Source: Lama guanicoe
Lineage: Eukaryota
Length of the DNA: 64,000 nucleotides
NCBI GenBank assembly: GCA_013239625.1
Contig: MU054413.1
Span: 10,339,109 to 10,403,108, forward strand
Direction: 5' to 3'
Shown: positions 60,401-64,000 of the stretch, piece by piece
How positions within the stretch are numbered: position 1 is the stretch's first letter
How the letters are laid out: each line of letters begins with the position of its first letter
Position numbers and translations under genes: made by a program
The notes under the pieces: generated by a model
What the model saw: the letters and a program-made list of their open reading frames with translations, nothing else
The model's database searches: none
What the model was told of the DNA's origin: nothing

Positions 60401-61085
60401 CCTAAATTAAATTTTCTGTGGGGAGTTGAAACAAGTATTTTATGGACATCTCTGGGCTGGTCCAGCACCCATTTCCCCATCTTGTGGTAACAGCACTCTG
60501 ATTTTCCATTGGGGAACCACCCTCCTCCACTCTCGGCTTTGCATAAGGGTAAAGGGTGAAGGGAGCCAGCAGATCAGCATATTTTAGTTTCTGGCCCTAG
60601 TGACTGATTCTAGTTGGCCCAATGAGGCTTACTCTGGGGAGCTGTCCTATGTCCAAGGCCATAGTGATTGGTTCATGGGTGGGCATATGATACACGTTGG
60701 GCCAGTGGTACTCAATCGCTGGGGAGCTCGCTGCTGGGGGCTGCCCTGGTCCCTAAGGTTCCCTCCATCAGGGCGATACCCCACCATGGGACACCAGGAA
60801 CTTCAGAAGCACAGCAATCAAATGCAGCATCCCTTACTTAAAATACATCCAACTTGGTGACATGCCTGGAGAATGTACCTGTTTCCTCCCTCTGCCCCTG
60901 ACATGGGTATAGCACCTGGGGCTTCCTTGGCGCCCCACCTCCCAGACCCTTGGCAGCCTAGAGCAGCTCTGCTATCCCAAGTGCAGGAAGGCTGGCTCCT
61001 GCTGTCCTAGGGCAGCCCACTCACCGTGAAGGATGCGGTACCACACACGCCCAAACTCGCCTTCGTCTGCATCTGTGGCTTTTAG
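275..61085 (-). CDS. CDH23: Cadherin-23, partial multi-exon CDS (16 internal exons, about EC11-EC18); the gene extends beyond both window ends
   Basis: Exons in transcription order: 61025-61085, 59947-60095, 55196-55331, 53268-53656, 52251-52352, 51930-51932, 48088-48237, 46890-47018, 45809-45937, 44942-45169, 8131-8352, 7697-7816, 6870-7050, 1646-1779, 934-1143, 275-382. All have GT-AG borders and compatible phases, summing to 2451 nt = 817 codons without a stop. Repeated cadherin Ca2+ motifs (DRE/DYE, DxNDN, AxDxD). The translation matches CDH23 as I recall it. Confidence 0.98.
934..1143 (-). CDS. CDH23: CDH23 exon (210 nt): [17 protein letters not shown]...FSINAT
   Basis: cag|ATGCTG...GCCACG|gtaggg; inside ORF 754..1626. 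Confidence 0.96.
1155..1450 (+). repeat. GA-rich low-complexity polypurine tract
   Basis: Strongly A/G-biased on the plus strand; explains the long Pro/Ser/Leu/Phe-rich part of ORF 754..1626. Confidence 0.85.
1646..1779 (-). CDS. CDH23: CDH23 exon (134 nt): [23 protein letters not shown]...RGVPPLSST
   Basis: cag|GGGAGTTT...TCCACA|gtgagt; translated by hand. Confidence 0.96.
2409..2794 (-). mobile_element. 5'-truncated LINE-1 3' end (laurasiatherian/cetartiodactyl-type) with target-site duplication
   Basis: Poly-T then AATTGAAGTATAGT...AGATTCCACAT, typical of an antisense L1 3'UTR; flanked by TGATTTCCTTTCTT (2409-2422) and TGATTCCCTTTCTT (2781-2794), 14 bp with 1 mismatch. Confidence 0.85.
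5060..6150 (+). mobile_element. LINE-2 (L2) 3' fragment
   Basis: Motifs such as CTCAGGCCAAAAATCTTGG..ATCCTT and CTCAGGGCCTTTGCATTTGC, plus terminal CTCAATAAATG; recognised by eye, borders approximate. Confidence 0.7.
6870..7050 (-). CDS. CDH23: CDH23 exon (181 nt): [21 protein letters not shown]...DGDPL-G
   Basis: cag|GTGCTT...CTGG|gtgagt. Confidence 0.96.
7697..7816 (-). CDS. CDH23: CDH23 exon (120 nt): [16 protein letters not shown]...LTSTTT
   Basis: cag|GGCGTC...ACCACG|gtgagt. Confidence 0.96.
8131..8352 (-). CDS. CDH23: CDH23 exon (222 nt): [15 protein letters not shown]...FHINRHT
   Basis: cag|GCTACC...CACACG|gtcagc (relatively weak donor). Confidence 0.95.
9170..9585 (+). mobile_element. 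Ancient ERVL-type solo LTR (LTR33-like)
   Basis: TTTGGCCAATGG box, ATTAAACTCTCTTCA poly(A) region and TTTCCTG..AGGACC..GACT.ATACA end; recognised by eye. Confidence 0.5.
12342..12400 (+). repeat. Imperfect (CATC/CATT)n tetranucleotide repeat
   Basis: Direct reading; about 400 bp upstream of the VSIR TSS. Confidence 0.85.
12630..13110 (+). promoter_or_regulatory. VSIR promoter / small CpG island spanning the TSS (about 12770, inferred) and exon 1
   Basis: Sharp local CpG enrichment against a CpG-depleted background; no TATA box; GTGAGTCAGCAGGAAG composite at 12640-12655. Confidence 0.8.
12899..12980 (+). CDS. VSIR: VSIR exon 1 coding part (signal peptide [28 protein letters not shown])
   Basis: gcgacATGG Kozak context; donor GAG|gtaagg. 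Confidence 0.96.
12899..35906 (+). CDS. VSIR: V-set immunoregulatory receptor (VISTA/B7-H5/PD-1H), complete 7-exon CDS, 310 aa (311 aa with the proximal NAGNAG acceptor)
   Basis: join(12899-12980,23672-24097,24723-24779,30418-30525,33726-33753,35492-35685,35869-35906) = 933 nt. Signal peptide, IgV domain ([22 protein letters not shown]...[14 protein letters not shown]), stalk, TM segment ([16 protein letters not shown]) and tail ending [12 protein letters not shown]. All introns GT-AG. Confidence 0.98.
17612..17790 (+). mobile_element. MIR SINE; further MIR copies at about 1-200(-), 7270-7470(-), 21380-21560(+), 25285-25430(-), 27393-27607(+), 31135-31320(-), 45300-45470(-), 58050-58290(+), 59430-59540(+)
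   Basis: MIR core CAAGTTACTTAACCT..TGTGC.TCAGTTTCC.CATCTGTAAAATGG.GAT.ATAATAGTACCTACC. Confidence 0.75.
21050..21352 (+). mobile_element. hAT DNA-transposon relic (MER102-like); related copies at about 6155-6365(-), 27110-27372(+), 48440-48735(+)
   Basis: Shared degenerate motifs (GGGGACTGTGGCAA, CTACTCAGCT, TTTTCAA..GAGAA, TAAATGTTGG) among the copies; family name from memory. Confidence 0.55.
23672..24097 (+). CDS. VSIR: VSIR exon 2 (IgV domain)
   Basis: cag|GTCTGG...AGAG|gtgagg; ORF 23677..24234. Confidence 0.97.
24392..24432 (+). repeat. (GT)14 microsatellite followed by (CTGT)3
   Basis: Direct reading; VSIR intron 2. Confidence 0.95.
24723..24779 (+). CDS. VSIR: VSIR exon 3 (stalk, [19 protein letters not shown])
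   Basis: cctaat branch point, cag|GCGAA...GAAA|gtaagg. Confidence 0.95.
26441..26603 (+). repeat. Local duplication segment A' (VSIR intron 3), paralog of 32485-32638
   Basis: Exact 29-mer GAGATTCGGGTCATTTTTCTTGATCTAGA at 26510-26538 and 32557-32585; colinear similarity across about 160 bp. Confidence 0.9.
29270..29790 (+). mobile_element. Old L1 (L1M-type) 3' fragment
   Basis: AT-rich; TGCTGGTGGGA..GT..GGTACAACT..TT..GGA..CAATTTAGCAATA pattern. Confidence 0.45.
30418..30525 (+). CDS. VSIR: VSIR exon 4 (transmembrane segment)
   Basis: tttcag|GCATT...CGCC|gtgagt. Confidence 0.96.
32194..32360 (+). repeat. Local duplication segment B (VSIR intron 4), paralog of 34888-35056
   Basis: Exact 32-mer TCCTCTGAAACCCTACATGAACCCTGTTTCTG at 32272-32303 and 34966-34997; colinear over about 165 bp. 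Confidence 0.9.
32416..32465 (+). repeat. A-rich/(GAA)n simple repeat between segments B and A
   Basis: AAAAGAAAAAAAAAAAGAAAAGAAAAAAGAAGAAGAAGAAGAAGGAAAAA. Confidence 0.9.
32485..32638 (+). repeat. Local duplication segment A (VSIR intron 4)
   Basis: Direct-orientation copy of 26441-26603 with a 12-nt gap. Confidence 0.9.
32639..32726 (+). repeat. Local duplication segment C (intron 4), paralog of 34401-34492 (intron 5)
   Basis: Shared GGCAGAGGCTGA, GCAGGTTGGGGATGGA and GGTGCA.TCTGGGCAGGA in the same order and spacing. Confidence 0.75.
33726..33753 (+). CDS. VSIR: VSIR exon 5 (28 nt, [10 protein letters not shown])
   Basis: ctgac branch point plus pyrimidine tract, ttag|GTGCC...GACAG|gtaagg. 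Confidence 0.95.
34888..35056 (+). repeat. Local duplication segment B' (VSIR intron 5)
   Basis: Direct-orientation copy of 32194-32360. Confidence 0.9.
35492..35685 (+). CDS. VSIR: VSIR exon 6 (cytoplasmic tail; alternative start at 35489)
   Basis: ttttccagcag|CAACATT...CCTAG|gttggt. Confidence 0.95.
35869..35906 (+). CDS. VSIR: VSIR exon 7 coding part ([12 protein letters not shown])
   Basis: ttttgcag|ACCCT...ATCTAG. Confidence 0.96.
38371..38376 (+). terminator. Candidate VSIR polyadenylation signal AATAAA (alternative ATTAAA at 37111-37116)
   Basis: First canonical AATAAA I found after the VSIR stop (about 2.5 kb downstream); usage cannot be shown from DNA. Confidence 0.4.
42815..43310. 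mobile_element. MaLR LTR relic (MLT1-like)
   Basis: TGGCCAATGAG, GATGGCTGGAGCTACAGCAGCCATCTTGCAACCATGAGG and CTTGTTATGTGAGAAAAA motifs. Confidence 0.6.
43660..44190. mobile_element. MaLR LTR relic (MLT1-like)
   Basis: CTGGGCTGGCCTTGTGACTTGCTTTG...AGAATGTGGCAGAAGT...GGCCTCAAGAGGCCTTGC motifs. Confidence 0.6.
44942..45169 (-). CDS. CDH23: CDH23 exon (228 nt): [17 protein letters not shown]...EDEGTPTLS
   Basis: cag|AACGTG...CTGTCG|gtgagt; followed by the 36.6-kb intron that hosts VSIR. Confidence 0.96.
45809..45937 (-). CDS. CDH23: CDH23 exon (129 nt): [10 protein letters not shown]...[21 protein letters not shown]
   Basis: cag|GTTGTG...AATGAG|gtgagg. Confidence 0.96.
46890..47018 (-). CDS. 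CDH23: CDH23 exon (129 nt): [12 protein letters not shown]...[12 protein letters not shown]
   Basis: cag|GTGGTC...CTCAAG|gtggga. Confidence 0.96.
48088..48237 (-). CDS. CDH23: CDH23 exon (150 nt): [17 protein letters not shown]...DPDAGSNGQ
   Basis: cag|GTCTAC...GGGCAG|gtgggc; translated by hand because the ORF track shows another frame. Confidence 0.96.
49600..49965 (+). mobile_element. L2 fragment
   Basis: GGCCTCTGCACATGCTGTTCCCTC...GGCACATGGTAGGTACTC pattern; borders approximate. Confidence 0.55.
51930..51932 (-). CDS. CDH23: CDH23 3-nt microexon (AAG = Lys)
   Basis: Minus strand reads ctgctaac (branch point), then a ~50-nt pyrimidine tract, then ctacag|AAG|gtgagt. It supplies the Lys of the remembered CDH23 sequence DSTV-K-VYITV, which neither flanking exon encodes. 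Confidence 0.9.
52251..52352 (-). CDS. CDH23: CDH23 exon (102 nt): [34 protein letters not shown]
   Basis: cag|GGCGTG...ACTGTG|gtgagt. Confidence 0.96.
53268..53656 (-). CDS. CDH23: CDH23 exon (389 nt): [12 protein letters not shown]...LFKIDAIT
   Basis: cag|GGGAT...ATCACG|gtgagg; inside ORF 53202..53780. Confidence 0.97.
55196..55331 (-). CDS. CDH23: CDH23 exon (136 nt): [15 protein letters not shown]...QATDRDT-G
   Basis: cag|GTGATC...GACACTG|gtgagt; inside ORF 55119..55424. Confidence 0.96.
55990..56185 (+). mobile_element. ERVL LTR16-like fragment
   Basis: CCAATGACTGATGGG start and TCTCAGGATTTGCTTCTGG..CCC..CCAAGACA end. Confidence 0.45.
59947..60095 (-). CDS. CDH23: CDH23 exon (149 nt): [14 protein letters not shown]...[10 protein letters not shown]...MRSSVR
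   Basis: cccag|GTAAC...GTCAGG|gtaagg; inside ORF 59905..60231. Confidence 0.96.
61025..61085 (-). CDS. CDH23: CDH23 exon (61 nt): [21 protein letters not shown]
   Basis: ctcag|CTAAAAGCC...CTTCACG|gtgagt on the minus strand; not captured in the ORF track; phase 0 to 1. Confidence 0.95.
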
Positions 61086-63849
61086 CTGAGGGAAGAGACA
61101 CACAGTTACTCCTAGAATTCCACCCCACAGGAAGAGAAGGTATTTGTGGAGTCCCTTCCATTTCCTTATACCACCCCAAGTCTGTCCTGCCCAAACCCAC
61201 GGTTCCCCACGAGGCAGAGGGTGTGGGAGAGGAGAGGGCTACATCTGTCTTTCTCAACCCCCACGAGGACACCTGATTGTTCACAGCCCTGTGTTGTCCT
61301 GTCTGTGGTGGCAGCTCTGCTCCCTGCTCCTCCTCCCGGTTCTTGGGGAGAAGGGGTAGGAGCTGGATGATAGCACTGCAGCTCTCTGGTTCCAGGCTTG
61401 ACTCACTCAGCCCATTCCTCCACGGTTCCCTCCTTCAGCCTTTTGAGACCCCAGGAGCATCACCTGGGGTGGCTGGATTGCGTGGTTGCTTCTTGCCCAA
61501 ACTTCCTTGGTCTGAAGCCATTCTGGCCACACCGGCTCCCAGTGGGTACTGAATACTATAAGAGCCACTTTGTGGAAACTGAGAAATCCCACCCCACAAA
61601 GGATGGCTCCACATTCATTCACATGCATGATCACTCCAGTGTAGTTCCAGCTCACTCCTGCTTGCTTGGCTGTACCTCAGGCTTATGTACTGTCTCCAGT
61701 GGGACCTGGGGATGTGCTATTCTCACTCTGAGGCTGCCCAGTGATTAGCCCTTTTTACAAGGAGTCTGACCTTGAGGCTGTTGGCAGAGCCACAGTTGGT
61801 GCCAAGATGGGTCCTACCAAACCAAGAACTGATTACCTCCTCTACCTGCCGTACCCCTGCACAGTGATGCAGAGAGAGGCCCGAGCCTGCAAGGCTGGGG
61901 AGGCTCCCATGGGGCCATGGTATGTGTGACTTGCTTTGTAATGCTCAGGACCCTCCTACTTTTTCTGGGTCTGCCCTCTTGTCCCCACCAATCACTTCCA
62001 TCCTGTGGTGTAAGAGTGTCTAAGGATTCTGAACAGCATGCTGATGGTGGGAAGGAGGGAAGTATGTTGGTATGAAAGGAACACGGTGTCTGGGTCAGGC
62101 AGACTCAAGCACAAATCCTGGCTTTGTTACTTACTGCCTATGTGGCCATGGATACGTAACCCCCCTGAACCTCAGCGAATAGGCACAACAATAAGCAGCC
62201 TTGCAGGGGTTGATGTGAGGATTAGATTATCATCTCTGCAAAGCATCCTGCCTGGTGTCTGGTGCAGAGTGATGTTGAAAGTTGAACATTATGAGATATG
62301 CCACCTTTTCCTGGAAGGCCCTCTTGATTTACACTGGAGTTGAGATACCGGGATTGCCCCTTGCTGTGGAGTTCTTCCTCCTCCCTCCCAGCAGACGTGT
62401 TATGGGCTGAAAGGTGGAGGGAAGTAGTGGAGCACTTCAACATCTGAGTGTGGAAGGGACCAGGACAGGGGAGAAGGTTGCCTGGTGGATGCTCCTGGGC
62501 ATCTCCACCCATGGTGGGACTTCCCAGATGTCTCCCTCCCGTGGCAGCCTGTACCACCCTGGGAGTGCAGGGAGTTGGCTCCTGCTAACTGAGAAAAGTG
62601 GGAGCCCCAGATGAGGTGTGCAGGCAGCTTGGGAAGAGAAAGTGAAGGAAAATGAGGTTCACTGAAGGGTGGGATGTAAGATGCAGGGATCACAAGAGGA
62701 GCTCTGGGCACTGGGAACATCTTTAGGTCAATGCTGCTCATCACACTAGATTCCTGCTGCCCATGCCTGCCCACCCTTTTTGGGGAAGGCACCTAATCCC
62801 CTATCAGTAACTTGCTGGGTGACCCTGACCAGGCCACACCTCTCTGGACCTCAGTTTCATCCTCTGAAAGACAGAGGGCTGGACTGAGATGACCCTTCAG
62901 CCATCTAATGGACTTGGACAGTCCTAGGAAGGCTCCATCCATTTGGGGCTATGCAGAGGATGCTTCTATTGTCAGCAAAGCCTAAGGCCAGGAGGGAGGA
63001 GCTAAATACAAAAAACTAGGGCTCCAGAAAATAGCAGGTGGACCCCAGGATCAGGTCTTGGGCAGAGAGAGCCACAACTCCCCCTACCCATGTTATTCTT
63101 CTGGGAGCCTAGGGGTCCTTGATGGGAAAGCTGTTAAAGACTTAGGCTCCTAAGCAGGCAGCTGGTTACCAGGGAAGCTCTGGCTTCTGGGAAGAAGAAG
63201 GCTGGGGGAGGGGTGCGTATGTGTGCGTGTCCACTGCCTGGAGTGTCTCCAAGGGCCCACTCAAACGGCAAGGAGCACAGCCCTGGCTGGCTGTCAATCC
63301 TGCGCTTTTTGCTCTGTGATCTCTCTGACCTTTGAAAATGCCTCTCACCCCTGCTTCTGCAGCCAGACACCCTCAAAGGGAAGGTGCTTTTCTGGGAAGC
63401 TGAGGGAGAGGCCTGGAGGGGAGCAGGCCTGGGGGCTGCCAGGGCCCATCTCTCTGCCTGTCCCCCTCCTGCTGCGTGGCTTGTAGCCCCTCTCCCCGGT
63501 AACCTGGAGGCTGGCAGGCACTGAATAGCAACCCGCTGGCTGCTCCCGACCATACCATTCAAATGACCAACGGGGGAAGGTGAGAGCCATGGGTACAGAG
63601 GCAGCGAAACCCTCCCTCTGCGTCCCCCCAGTGTCTCCGCCCCTCCAAGAGGGCTCCAAGGGAACAGGCTGGAGTGAGGCTGTGGGAAGGCTCAGGAGCT
63701 CCCAGCTCCTCTGCACGACTTCCCTCTCCCTCTTCCCAGCCCAGTTGCCATCCCTACCCTCCCCACTGTCCCCTCCTCCAAGGAAGGGCCCAAACTTTTC
63801 CAGACAAAGTCAGGTCCAGCGGGAGAGTGAGGGGCGGAGGCCACTCTGC

Positions 63850-63884
<35 letters not shown>
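63850..63884 (+). repeat. (CTGG)8+ tetranucleotide microsatellite
   Basis: Direct reading. Confidence 0.95.
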
Positions 63885-63885
<1 letters not shown>

Positions 63886-64000
63886 GGGGCACAGGGCAAG
63901 GGAGAGTCCAGAGCAGGTCTGGGTCACAGTGGTGCCCGATGCTCCTGAGGCCCCCTTTGGACAGCTAAGAAGACCTCTGCACCTAGCCGAGGACTGCTGA

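Noticed and set aside
63580-63885. ORF starting MGTEAAKPSL as a possible C10orf105 CDS
   Set aside because: Only superficial N-terminal resemblance; lacks the hydrophobic TM segment I recall for C10orf105 and ends in a microsatellite translation
1-64000. CRISPR arrays, tRNA/rRNA/snoRNA genes, retrocopies or intact transposon ORFs
   Set aside because: No regularly spaced repeats, no recognisable structured-RNA signatures and no RT or transposase ORFs seen by eye; an Infernal/Rfam scan would be needed to exclude small RNAs

Overview
Mammalian (eutherian) genomic DNA, probably a non-ruminant cetartiodactyl such as a camelid; the species call is a low-confidence inference from repeat content. 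The minus strand carries 16 internal coding exons of cadherin-23 (CDH23). They total 2451 nt (817 codons in one open frame), equivalent to about human aa 1124-1940 (EC11-EC18), and include a 3-nt microexon (AAG, Lys) at 51930-51932 that the ORF track cannot show. The complete 7-exon VSIR (VISTA/B7-H5/PD-1H) gene lies on the plus strand, nested antisense inside a 36.6-kb CDH23 intron (CDS 12899-35906, 310 or 311 aa). The rest is intronic DNA with ancient repeats (MIR, L2, MaLR/ERVL LTRs, hAT elements), one younger truncated L1 with a target-site duplication, and microsatellites. Main observations: (1) the CDH23 single-codon microexon has the upstream architecture of SRRM3/4-regulated microexons; (2) this species has wild-type Gln at the position of the human Usher allele R1746Q, encoded by CAA rather than the acceptor-creating CAG; (3) a mosaic block in VSIR intron 4 is built from copies of intron 3 and intron 5 sequence; (4) the last VSIR intron is in frame and stop-free. 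Human numbering and literature comparisons are from memory and need database confirmation. No prokaryotic-type systems, CRISPR arrays or RNA genes were found.
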